A stretch of 64,000 nucleotides of DNA, taken from positions 32,001 through 96,000 of IMG/VR virus record IMGVR_UViG_2930438282_000003. One strand, written 5' to 3'. Position 1 is the stretch's first letter, and every line of letters begins with the position of its first letter. This stretch comes from a virus. Taxonomy: Duplodnaviria; Caudoviricetes. This document shows, piece by piece, positions 11,087 through 19,979 of this stretch. A program made the translations under genes and the position numbers. Below the pieces are notes generated by a model that saw only the letters and a program-made list of their open reading frames with translations, made no database searches and was not told the DNA's origin.

Positions 11087-11562
11087 TCGCAATCTCCTAC
11101 ACACTTGGTAGTCAGGAAGACCGTCGCGGATGGGAGACCCGCAGAAACTGCGGGTCCGCCACGCGGGGTCAGCTGCTCTGGTCCTTCTTTCCGGCGAGCA
11201 TCGCCATTCGGACGGATGATGCAGAGTGGCGGTGCGACAACTGCTGGATCCCGCTTCTGCACTTCGCCCTGTCGCTTCTCTATGTATGCGAACGCCTGCG
11301 GGAGGAAGAGGAGGCTCGCTATGACTTCACTGAGGTGGAAGGGGAAATCGAGTTTCGTCGGCGAGGTGAGTGGGTGACCGTCGCGCCATCGGACTCATCC
11401 CCGTCACTTCGGTGTACCTACATTGAGCTGTGTGCGGCCGCCGTGGCGTTCGCGCGTCGAGTGGTATTCGATCTGGCCGAGGACTATCCCGCGCTGCGGG
11501 AGACCGAGGTTGCGGTTGACATGCTGGAGAGGGCGGCCAGGATCAGCCCGTCCGACGGCTGA
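11083..11562 (+). CDS. Probable cognate immunity protein
   Basis: 159-aa ORF overlapping the Rhs stop (ATGA), immediately downstream of the toxin tip, with a codon style unlike the Rhs core. Confidence 0.75.
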   Translation: MIAISYTLGSQEDRRGWETRRNCGSATRGQLLWSFFPASIAIRTDDAEWRCDNCWIPLLHFALSLLYVCERLREEEEARYDFTEVEGEIEFRRRGEWVTVAPSDSSPSLRCTYIELCAAAVAFARRVVFDLAEDYPALRETEVAVDMLERAARISPSDG

Positions 11563-12140
11563 TTCATGCCGCTCCGCCGCGGTGGCAGGGGGAGGTGTCG
11601 CTGGCTGGGACTCCGAGCGGAGCCCCAGCCAGTTGTGGATCAGTGGAAGCGCTCGATGCAGTAGGCCGCTAGCGCGGGCAGACCGGTCAGGGATGCCCTT
11701 ACCGCGACTCGCAGGAGCTCGTCACCCGCGGTCTCCCACAGCCGACGCGCCTGCCGCCACTCCGGACGGAGCCGCCTGAAGTACTCCCATCGCGGGATCC
11801 TGAGCCAGCCCTGTCGGAGGCCCCTGCACTGCGGCTTCTCCCCGAGGGGAGGGCCAGGAAGATGCACGTCAGGTTGCGGTCAGGATCGGGTCCCGTAGTC
11901 TCGTGGTTGGTAGAAATCGGATCCTCCTTAGGTCCACGGTTTCTTCTCGCAGTCGGTGGCCTCCTGTTGTGAGCAGGGGGCCACCGCCATATAGCTCGAC
12001 AGTGACCCGAAGGCCGCCGCCAAGTAACTCGGCGGTGACCCCGAAAGGCCGCCGAGGGCAACGGTAAAGGAACTCGGCTGCCCCCTCCGTCGGGAGTGGT
12101 CTCAACGACGTAACGGGACGCGATATTGCGAGGCGGCGTG

Positions 12141-12600
12141 TCACCACGTCGCACCCCGACGCAGGAGTTGAACCGCGAGCAGCTTCCACAGCGGGTCGAA
12201 CCACGACTGCATGCTGCCGACGAACGTCGGACCAGGTGAGCTTGGGTCGCGGTCCCTGATGTGGTGGGCGAGCGTGGCGCCGTTTCCGATCACATCGAGC
12301 GCCTCGATCTCCAGGACTTTTGGCATTCCGGGCGTTCGGGATTTGTCGTTCAACATCTTGAGATGCACGTTGAGCACTGCGAGGTCAGCGTGTAGACGTC
12401 GAGGTCGACCTCCGGCAAATTGAACGCCCGCTTGTTGAACGCCCCACGGTCACAGGGTCGCCCGGTTTCACGCCCCAGGGGGGACTCGATCCAGCCTTCG
12501 CTGGTGACCTCCCTGATCGTCCCCTGCGCGGTGCCGCTGATGGAGCGGTTGATGCGCGCCCCGCACACGGACACGCTGGTGCGGATAGGTCCTTGGGCGC
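12141..12600 (-). pseudogene. Degraded GntR/KorA-like regulator remnant
   Basis: Fragments in different frames: GTIREVTSEGWIES (wHTH-like) and DVIGNGATLAHH...FVGSMQSWFDPLWKLLA, resembling the C-terminus of Streptomyces plasmid GntR-type regulators. Recognised by eye only. Confidence 0.35.
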
Positions 12601-12692
12601 CGCCCGGTTTCACTCTCCGCGCACATAGAACATCCGGGCGAGTTCTCGTCGGGGCCTGAACAGGTACATTTTGAACGCCGCCCGGTTTCACT
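12459..12692. repeat. Three direct copies of CGCCCGGTTTCAC
   Basis: Copies at 12459-12471, 12598-12614 and 12676-12692; the last two share 17 bp CGCCGCCCGGTTTCACT. TTGAACGCC also occurs at 12420, 12435 and 12671. Confidence 0.7.
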
Positions 12693-13084
12693 AGCCGGGT
12701 TCTGCACCCATACGCCGACTATTCCTCCATCACCCGATCACCCCTCGCCATCCTGATGTTGGTGGGTGAGGGTGGCGTGCCCGCTCCCGGATGAGAACTC
12801 GGATCAGATGGGTGTGCTTCGACAGCTTGCCATTGAGGCAGAAAATGGACGGGGGGCGCCTTGTGATCGGGACGTCGGCGACTGGGATTGCGTGACACCC
12901 GCTGTCCGGCGCTGCACCGGCGTAGCCGCCGGCGTCCCTACCTGCCCCGCTTCCTGGGCGTGCCCGCCGTGCACAAGGCGAGCGCCGCAGAATGTAGCAG
13001 GGTCGGGGCAATGTGACGTATCTGTAGTGACCGGGGTGAAACGGTTGAAGATCAATCACTGAGCAGGATTTGCGCAGATCGGCC

Positions 13085-13130
13085 TATAGTGTGCGGCCGC
13101 ATCCGCAAGATTGTCTGCAAGGGGCCGGGC
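13085..13130 (+). promoter_or_regulatory. Putative promoter -10 (TATAGT) and structured leader of the first morphogenesis operon
   Basis: TATAGT at 13085-13090. The leader CGGCC..GCAAGA/TCTGC..GGCCG can fold over the AAGGGG RBS. It lacks the full conserved motif and shows only GGGCCGGGC. Confidence 0.5.
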
Positions 13131-13475
13131 ATGATCAGCATTCCGGAGCTTGTCGTCCTAGCCGCCGCCGGGTATCGCGGCACCCAACTCGCCGTCCATG
13201 ACACGATCCTGGACCCGGCCCGCAACACGGTCTTCGACTGGCAGAGCCGGAACCCCGACAGCCGCGCCCGCACCTTCGTCATCACCCTGATCTCCTGTGT
13301 GTACTGCACCGGCTGGTGGATCTCCGGTGCGCTCCTCGCAGCGTGGCTCCTCGCATCGGGGCAGATGGACAAGGTGCCGTTCCTCGTCCACGGCATCGAA
13401 TGGTTCGCCGTCGCCGGCGCGGCCGTCTTCCTGAACCGCGTCGACGACACCCTGGGCGAGGTGGTGAACCGGTGA
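13131..13475 (+). CDS. DUF1360-like small membrane protein
   Basis: MISIPELVVLAAAGYRGTQLAVHDTI...TLISCVYCTGWW, with a CxxC and hydrophobic helices; sits directly before the portal. Confidence 0.75.
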   Translation: MISIPELVVLAAAGYRGTQLAVHDTILDPARNTVFDWQSRNPDSRARTFVITLISCVYCTGWWISGALLAAWLLASGQMDKVPFLVHGIEWFAVAGAAVFLNRVDDTLGEVVNR

Positions 13476-15226
13476 CCCGCCGCGAGATCGCCGCCGCGGC
13501 GTCCCGATACATCGACCGCAAGGTCCGCACCAAGGGCACCGTCGACCAGGGCTGGCAGGGCCGGGCCTGGGAGCTGTATCACCTGATCCCCGAAGTGCGG
13601 TTCGCCGCGACCTACGTCGCGAACGCCATGTCCGGCGCCACCCTGTACGCGGGCCGCCGCGCCGACGACGGCACGATCGAACCCGCCCCCAACGGGCACC
13701 GCGCCTCGGAGATCGTGCAGCAGATCGCCGGAGGCCCCGACGGGCAGGCCAAGCTTCTCGGCGCGTTCGGCAAACATCTCACCGTGCCCGGGGAGGGCTG
13801 GATCGTCATCCGCCCCAACTCCGACGTCCTGTCCCCGGATGCCCCCGAAGACGGCCACGACTGGCGCGTCCTGTCCACGCGTGAGGTACGCCAGCAGTCC
13901 GGGAAGCTCACCGCCGAAATCGACGGCGAGGACGTCGAGATCCCCGCCGGCGACGAAGAACGCCTCGACCCTGACGCGCCCGTGGCGCTCCGCGTGTGGG
14001 AGCCCGACCCCGAGCGGGCCATCGAATCCGACAGCCCGGTCCGCTCGAGCATCGACCTGCTGGAGGAACTGCTCCTCCTCAACTCCGCGGTGAAGGCTAT
14101 CGCCCGCTCCCGGCTCACCGGCCGGGGCATCCTCCTCGTCCCCAAGGGCACACGCTTCCCCACCCTGCCCACGCAGGGCGACGCCGAGGACGACCTGATC
14201 GAGATCCTCATGCAGGTCGCGGAGACGGCCATCCGCGAACCCGAGTCGGCCGCCGCGACCGTGCCGATCGTGCTGGAAGTCCCCGCGGACTCCATCTCCG
14301 ACTTCAAGTTGCTCACCTTCGAGTCCAACTTCGACGAGCTGGCGCTGAAGCTCCGCGAGGAAGCTGTGAAACGGTTCGCGACCGGCCTGGAAGTCCCGGC
14401 GGAGATTCTCCTCGGCCTTGGCGACGTCAACCACTGGGGTTTGTGGGGGTTGACGGCCGAAGCGATCCGTATGGGCATCGAGCCCAAGCTGGCCACCGTC
14501 TCGTACGCGCTCACCCAGCAGTGGCTGCGGCCTCTCCTGGAGGCGGAGAACGTCGAGGACTGGCACCGCTGGCTCGTCTGGTACGACACCGCGGCCCTCC
14601 GCGTGCGCACCAACCGTGCCGAGACCGCCCTGCAGGCCTACGACCGGGGTGTCATCGGTGCTGCCGCGCTGCGCCGGGAGACCGGCTTCGAGGAGTCCGA
14701 CGCCCCCAGCGCAGAAGAGGAAGAGGCCCGCAACCAGCAGAACGACACCCGGGACCAGGAGGAGCAGGACGGCCAGGAGCAGGCCCCGGAGAAGCCCACG
14801 CCGGACCTGCCGGTCGACGAGACCACCGACGAACCCGGCACCCTGCCCGCCTCCGCCGGGGCCCGCACCACCCCGGGGCTGATCGCCGCGGCGGACGGCC
14901 TGATCTGGGCCGCCCTCTCCTCGGCCGGCGACAAGCTGCTGCGCACGCCGATCTGCCCGCGCAGCGAACGCGCCCGGGCCCGCGAGATCCAGGCCGCCGC
15001 CCTGCACACCGAGCTGAAGGTCGAGCCCGGCCAGGTCGAGCAGTACCGGCTCCTGGAAGGCGCCTGGACCCGCGTCCCCGAGATCGCGAAACGGTACGGC
15101 CTCGAAGCGTCCTGCCTGACGGCCGCGCTCGACGCGTACGCCCGCGAGTTGATCGCCGCCGGGATCGAGCACTCCTATGAGGTGGTGCCCGCCGTCGTCA
15201 CCTCATGCCTGGGCTTGGCCGCATGA
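13472..15226 (+). CDS. Phage portal protein (cluster-B-like actinophage type)
   Basis: GTG overlapping the previous stop (GTGA). GWQGRAWELYHLIPEVRFAATYVANAMS, HLTVPGEGW, SRLTGRGILLVP, RFATGLEVPAEILLG..NHW and WYDT motifs; position at the head of the module. Confidence 0.8.
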   Translation: MTRREIAAAASRYIDRKVRTKGTVDQGWQGRAWELYHLIPEVRFAATYVANAMSGATLYAGRRADDGTIEPAPNGHRASEIVQQIAGGPDGQAKLLGAFGKHLTVPGEGWIVIRPNSDVLSPDAPEDGHDWRVLSTREVRQQSGKLTAEIDGEDVEIPAGDEERLDPDAPVALRVWEPDPERAIESDSPVRSSIDLLEELLLLNSAVKAIARSRLTGRGILLVPKGTRFPTLPTQGDAEDDLIEILMQVAETAIREPESAAATVPIVLEVPADSISDFKLLTFESNFDELALKLREEAVKRFATGLEVPAEILLGLGDVNHWGLWGLTAEAIRMGIEPKLATVSYALTQQWLRPLLEAENVEDWHRWLVWYDTAALRVRTNRAETALQAYDRGVIGAAALRRETGFEESDAPSAEEEEARNQQNDTRDQEEQDGQEQAPEKPTPDLPVDETTDEPGTLPASAGARTTPGLIAAADGLIWAALSSAGDKLLRTPICPRSERARAREIQAAALHTELKVEPGQVEQYRLLEGAWTRVPEIAKRYGLEASCLTAALDAYARELIAAGIEHSYEVVPAVVTSCLGLAA

Positions 15227-15245
15227 GGCCGCAGGGAGAACCGGC

Positions 15246-15440
15246 ATGCAATCGGCCCCACTCCGCGTCACCGTCGCCCCAGCCGACGTACGGGAGGACT
15301 GGTGCACGGTCTGCAAGGCGTACACCCGCCTCGTCGGCAGCCTCGCCCTCCTCACCCCGGCCGGCGTGTCCACCGTCGGCACGTGGGCGTGGTGCGAGAT
15401 CTGCGATGACCCCGGCTACCGGGAGGCGACCCGTGGCTGA
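15246..15440 (+). CDS. Small zinc-ribbon protein (CxxC...CxxC)
   Basis: ATG 15246 after GGGAG; WCTVCK...GTWAWCEICD. Confidence 0.65.
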   Translation: MQSAPLRVTVAPADVREDWCTVCKAYTRLVGSLALLTPAGVSTVGTWAWCEICDDPGYREATRG

Positions 15441-15777
15441 CCCGCTCCTGTACCAAGCACCCCTCGGGCACTCCGTGTCCGCGCACCGCGTGCACGGCTG
15501 GTGCGCCATCGAACGCAGCCTCGACGAGGAACTCATCGCCTGGCGCACCCGCGAACGGTCCCGGTACGAGATCGCGAAGACCGTGTGCGCGGCCAGCCCC
15601 GCCATCGACACCACAGCCGAGTACGAGCGGCCCTGCCCGGCCTGCGGGCGGGAAGCCCTCACCGTCACCAGCGTGCGCGTGCAGCTCGACGACGCCCCCC
15701 GCCTGGCCGGCGGGTGGGCGCTGTGCCTCCACTGCAACGCCACCCCCCACCCCGTCATGGAGGACCCCCGTGGCTGA
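15433..15777 (+). CDS. Small zinc-ribbon protein, paralog-like of the preceding gene
   Basis: GTG 15433 after GGGAGG; PCPACGR...GGWALCLHCN; overlaps both neighbouring genes. Confidence 0.65.
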   Translation: MADPLLYQAPLGHSVSAHRVHGWCAIERSLDEELIAWRTRERSRYEIAKTVCAASPAIDTTAEYERPCPACGREALTVTSVRVQLDDAPRLAGGWALCLHCNATPHPVMEDPRG

Positions 15778-18700
15778 CCCGCACCAGCTGTTGGAGCAGG
15801 CCGAGGAGACCGTCGCCGAAGAGGTCAGCGCCGTCCTGCAGGCGGTCGCCGACGAGTTCGCGGCGGCCCTGGAGAACGCCGACGAGATCGTGGCCGCCAG
15901 GTTCTCCGTCTCGCGGATCGCCCGCATGTTCACGGACCGCATGCCGCGCATCGTGCGCCGCCTCCTCCGCGTCTCCGAGCAGGCCGCCCAGCAGGCCGCC
16001 GACACGACCGAGGGTGAGTTGCCTCCGGAGTGGGAGGACCTGCCCGGCCGGTACGACGACGGCCGCGACCTCCCCCCTGCCATGAGTGACTACGTCGACG
16101 TCACCGAGCACCTGCTGCGCGCCGTCGGCGACCGGCTGGCGGCCGTGGCCCGCGACGAGCTCGCCGCCGGTGTCGACGCAGGGGAGACCATCGAGCAGCT
16201 GAGGGCCCGCCTCCGCGAGGCGTTCGCCCGCGAGGGCGCCCAGCTCGGCGACATGCGTGAAGAGCGCATCGCCCGCACAGAAGCCGGCCGGGCCTGGAAC
16301 ACCGCCACGCTGGGCGCGGCCCGCGACGCCACCGGCACCCTGGCGCCGATCGTGAAGCAGTGGCTGTCCCGCCGCGACGACCGTGTACGCCACGATCATG
16401 CCGGGGCCAACGGGCAGATCCAGCTCCTCGACGACCCGTTCACCGTCGGCGGGATCGAGATGGACGCCCCGCACGACCCGACCGCACCGGCCTCCCAAGT
16501 CGTGAACTGCCGGTGCATCCTGGCCGTACATCCCGAAACCAGCGCATCTGCCTACGAATCGCAAGCGCTAAAGTGCTCTGAAGGCTTCGAATCGCAGGAA
16601 ACCCAGACCGCCGCTGCGGACGATGACCATCTGCAGGGCGCCATGGTCGCCCTCATGCCCAGCACTGAGGACGCCGCCCGCCTGGCCCTCGAAGGCGGCG
16701 AAGCGGCCGAAGAGCTGCACTGCACGATGTTCTTCCTCGGCGACGACGCCTCCCAGTGGAGCACCGGCGAGCGCACCGAGTTCATCCGCGCCCTGGAAGC
16801 GGCCGTCTCCGACCTTGGCGGGCCCGTCCTGGCCAAGGCCACCGGCACCGCCCATTGGAACACCGACAGCGACAAGCCGTCCTGGGTGTGGACTATCAGC
16901 GACCAGGCCGAGGACGGCCCCACCCTCGGCGACGCCCGAGCGGCCGTCACCGTCGCCCTGGAAGACACCCACCACCCCGAGCTGCCCCGCCAGCACTCGC
17001 CCTGGACCGCGCATACCTGCGGGGTCTACACGGCCGAAGCCTGGCCGTACGAGCCCATGACCGAACGCGTCGGCCCGGTCACCTTCGACCGGCTGCGCGT
17101 CGCGTTCGGAGACGAGCACACGGACATCCCCCTCGGCCCCCAGCAGGAGGAAGAAGCCATGCCCGAAGCCGTACAGGCCGCCGCGGCCCTGTCGGTCCGC
17201 ACCTGGTCCACGCCCGACGACACGGCGATCGCCTTCGAAGATCAGCAGACCGGTGACGGCCGGATCTTCAAGTCCGGCGCCCTGAAGTGGGACCGCCGCC
17301 CGATGCCGCTGCAGTACGCCGACGAGATGCTGATGGGCCACGAGGGCGCCGAACTCGCCGGGGCCATCAAGACGGTGAAGCGGGACGGCAACCGCATCAC
17401 CGCCTCCGGGGTGCTGTACGCGACCCGTTCGGCCGGGGCGGACGCCATCCAGCTCCTCGACGAGGACGCGCCCCTCGGCATCAGCGTCGACCTGGACGAC
17501 GTGGACATCGAGTTCGTCGACAACACTCTCAGCCCGGAAGACGCCGACTGGCTGTTCGCGTCGGCCCGGCTCCCGCAGGCGAGCGTGCTGCGCCTCGACG
17601 ACGGCTCCGTCATGCTGTCGGGTACGACCCGCGCCGAATGGACCGCATCCGAGGGGGCGTTCTCCCGGTCCCGCTACGACCTCCAGCTCATCACCGGCCC
17701 GGGCGGCGCCCTCAACGCGTCAGGCATCCAGAACGCGTTCGCCGGTATCGGTGTCCTCGCCGCGGCCGCCGGCGACGCCGACGACCCCGAGCAGGGCCTC
17801 GTCGTCTACTCGCAGAAGTCCGGCGAGTTCGTCATGCGGATCACCCGCGCCCGCCTGCGCGGCGCCACCCTCGTGGCCATGCCCGCCTTCAAGGACGCCC
17901 GGATCGTCCTCGACCCGGCCGAGGAGACCGCCGCGGTGGTGCCGCTCGTCACCGCGACAGGCGACACCCGGGACCGCGTGGTCACCTACGTGTGCACGTC
18001 CCCGGCCGCCGTCGGCGCCCGCGACGTCTCCAAGGCCCTCGGCATGGCCATGAGCACCGCCCGAGGACACCTCAACGCCGCAGCGAAGAGCGGCCGGATC
18101 ATCCGGCTCGTCCCCGGCCTGTTCTGCGGCCCCTCCTCGATGCCCGAAGGTGAAGCCGCGGCGCCTGACGACGACCTGGAGGCCTCCGCGTGGACGGCGA
18201 TGGAGGACGCGCCGCCCATGCCCGCCGCCTGGTTCCAGGAGCCCACCATGGAGGAGCTGCCGCCCGGCTCCGGGGGCGTCCACTACAAGGACGGCCGCGT
18301 ATACGGCTGGGTCGCCCAGGCCGGGGATCCGCACGCCGGGTATCCCGGGAAGAACCTCACGATCGAAAGCCTCGGCGGGATCGACCTCACGCACTTCCTG
18401 CGCGCCCGGTTCCTCCTCGACGACGGCGCCTACGTGAAGGCGGGGGCGATGACGATGAACGTCGGCCACCACCGCGACGGCGCCGAATGCGAGACCGCCA
18501 GCTGCCAGTTCGACGACACCCGCACCGTCGCCGCGATCGTCACCGTCGGCATGAACGAGCGCGGCCTGTGGTTCTCCGGCGCGGCCGGCCCGTGGCTGTC
18601 CGACTGGGACCGCCGAGTGTTCTCCGCCTGCCAGCCCAGCTACCACATGAAGCAGGGCCGTGACGGGTGCTGGCAGCTCCGCGCCGTCCTCTCCGTGCCG

Positions 18701-19060
18701 GTGCCCGGGCACTCGTCGCCGCTCCTCGCCACCGCGGTCGCCGAACGCGCGAACCTCGCCCTGGCCGCGTCCGCAGCGTTCTCGGACACCATCCCCGGAC
18801 AACGCCAGGACACTGCCCCGACGGTCCCCGCGAGCTCCGCCGAGGGCACCCCTGACCTGCCCGGACAGCGCCCGGACAGCGTGTCCGGACAGGTACCGGA
18901 CATCGACGTGGACCGGCTGATCGCCGCCCTGACCGACGGGCCGTTCGTCGACCGGCTCGCCACGGCCATCGAGCGCCGAGAAGCAGAACGCCGCGACGAA
19001 CTCGAAGCCATGGCCGCACTCGTGGCCGCCGACACCACCACGCAGAACGGAGCGAACTGA
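15770..19060 (+). CDS. MuF-like head morphogenesis / 2H-phosphoesterase-like / capsid maturation protease fusion
   Basis: MuF motifs RIARTE, KQWLSRRDDRVRHDH and VNCRC; 2H-like LHCT...AHTC; protease-like region QTGDGRIF...GISVDLDD...GATLVAMPAF; an internal wHTH-like segment. Confidence 0.8.
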   Translation: MADPHQLLEQAEETVAEEVSAVLQAVADEFAAALENADEIVAARFSVSRIARMFTDRMPRIVRRLLRVSEQAAQQAADTTEGELPPEWEDLPGRYDDGRDLPPAMSDYVDVTEHLLRAVGDRLAAVARDELAAGVDAGETIEQLRARLREAFAREGAQLGDMREERIARTEAGRAWNTATLGAARDATGTLAPIVKQWLSRRDDRVRHDHAGANGQIQLLDDPFTVGGIEMDAPHDPTAPASQVVNCRCILAVHPETSASAYESQALKCSEGFESQETQTAAADDDHLQGAMVALMPSTEDAARLALEGGEAAEELHCTMFFLGDDASQWSTGERTEFIRALEAAVSDLGGPVLAKATGTAHWNTDSDKPSWVWTISDQAEDGPTLGDARAAVTVALEDTHHPELPRQHSPWTAHTCGVYTAEAWPYEPMTERVGPVTFDRLRVAFGDEHTDIPLGPQQEEEAMPEAVQAAAALSVRTWSTPDDTAIAFEDQQTGDGRIFKSGALKWDRRPMPLQYADEMLMGHEGAELAGAIKTVKRDGNRITASGVLYATRSAGADAIQLLDEDAPLGISVDLDDVDIEFVDNTLSPEDADWLFASARLPQASVLRLDDGSVMLSGTTRAEWTASEGAFSRSRYDLQLITGPGGALNASGIQNAFAGIGVLAAAAGDADDPEQGLVVYSQKSGEFVMRITRARLRGATLVAMPAFKDARIVLDPAEETAAVVPLVTATGDTRDRVVTYVCTSPAAVGARDVSKALGMAMSTARGHLNAAAKSGRIIRLVPGLFCGPSSMPEGEAAAPDDDLEASAWTAMEDAPPMPAAWFQEPTMEELPPGSGGVHYKDGRVYGWVAQAGDPHAGYPGKNLTIESLGGIDLTHFLRARFLLDDGAYVKAGAMTMNVGHHRDGAECETASCQFDDTRTVAAIVTVGMNERGLWFSGAAGPWLSDWDRRVFSACQPSYHMKQGRDGCWQLRAVLSVPVPGHSSPLLATAVAERANLALAASAAFSDTIPGQRQDTAPTVPASSAEGTPDLPGQRPDSVSGQVPDIDVDRLIAALTDGPFVDRLATAIERREAERRDELEAMAALVAADTTTQNGAN

Positions 19061-19061
19061 C

Positions 19062-19277
19062 ATGGGATGCAACTGCGGGAGCAAGAACCGCCAGACGTTC
19101 GAGGTCGTCACCAACGGCGGGAGTGGACGAGTCGTCTTCTCCTCCGCCAGCAAGCCCACCGCCGCCACCGTGTCCGGCCGGTACGCGGGCAGTGTCGTCC
19201 GTGACAAGGAGACCGGCGACATCGTGCACACCAACGGCGACGCGAAGACCGTTCAAGACACTCCAGCCGACGCGTAG
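19062..19277 (+). CDS. Small MGCNCG-type virion-associated protein
   Basis: 71 aa starting MGCNCGSK, between the protease and capsid genes, as in cluster-B-like phages. Confidence 0.75.
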   Translation: MGCNCGSKNRQTFEVVTNGGSGRVVFSSASKPTAATVSGRYAGSVVRDKETGDIVHTNGDAKTVQDTPADA

Positions 19278-19299
19278 CGCGCATACGCGAAACGGTGGA

Positions 19300-19343
19300 C
19301 GCTCACCCCCTGAAGCTGATGTCCTAGCTTCAGGGGGTGAGCG
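19300..19343. terminator. Perfect 18-bp inverted repeat (terminator or RBS-occluding hairpin)
   Basis: CGCTCACCCCCTGAAGCT-8 nt-AGCTTCAGGGGGTGAGCG, ending at the ATG of 19344. Confidence 0.75.
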
Positions 19344-19853
19344 ATGTCAGACAGCTCCGAGAGCAGCCGCGATGCGAGGCCGCAGCAGCCCAGTCGCGTG
19401 CCGCGAAGCCGTGACGTGGCACCACGACCCGTGCCAGAGGACTTAAACACCGTCGCAGTGGCGCACCGCATGCCCACGGAAGCCATGCTCGCTGGTGCGC
19501 TCACTGCATACGTCGCAACGCCCCTGCTACAGGCATTCATCTCGCACTTGGGATCGGACTCATACCAGACATTTCGCGGTTGGATGAGTTCCCTTTCGAA
19601 ACGACTACGGCGACAGCCGCGCGAGCTTCAGGGAACTTGGCAGATCACGGTCTTCCTGGCCCGTAATCAGTACCGGGTCGAACTTCCCGGCGACTTGCCA
19701 GAGATCGCACACCAGGGACTGGTACGCGACTTTGAACGACTGATGGCAGAGAGCGACGAGCAGTTCCCGTTGCGCATCGTCTGGAATACGGCCAAGCAGG
19801 AGTGGGTCAAGAAGCCCGAACCAGGTCCTCGACGACGTCCCGCCGGCCAATGA
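19344..19853 (+). CDS. Hypothetical cargo (moron) protein
   Basis: 169-aa ORF with lower GC and an in-frame TTA at 19443, flanked by a 15-bp direct repeat. The true start may be further downstream. Confidence 0.6.
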   Translation: MSDSSESSRDARPQQPSRVPRSRDVAPRPVPEDLNTVAVAHRMPTEAMLAGALTAYVATPLLQAFISHLGSDSYQTFRGWMSSLSKRLRRQPRELQGTWQITVFLARNQYRVELPGDLPEIAHQGLVRDFERLMAESDEQFPLRIVWNTAKQEWVKKPEPGPRRRPAGQ

Positions 19854-19979
19854 AGACACGAAGTACATCAAGGGCCGGCAGCCGACCTGTGGCGCTCATC
19901 CCCCGAAACGGTGGACGCGCAGTAGCGGTGCCGCCCCTGGGACACGATGCTGCATCCCAGAGGCGACTACGCGCTGCCG

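Noticed and set aside
11640-12204. Minus-strand ORF fragments after the immunity gene (orphan toxin modules?)
   Set aside because: No HINT or Rhs remnants and no recognisable domain; probably decayed sequence.
14725-14740. Near-antisense match to the leader (GGCCCGCAACCAGCAG) as a possible trigger RNA
   Set aside because: Lies in portal coding sequence (ARNQQ), is mismatched, and has no sign of being a separate transcript.
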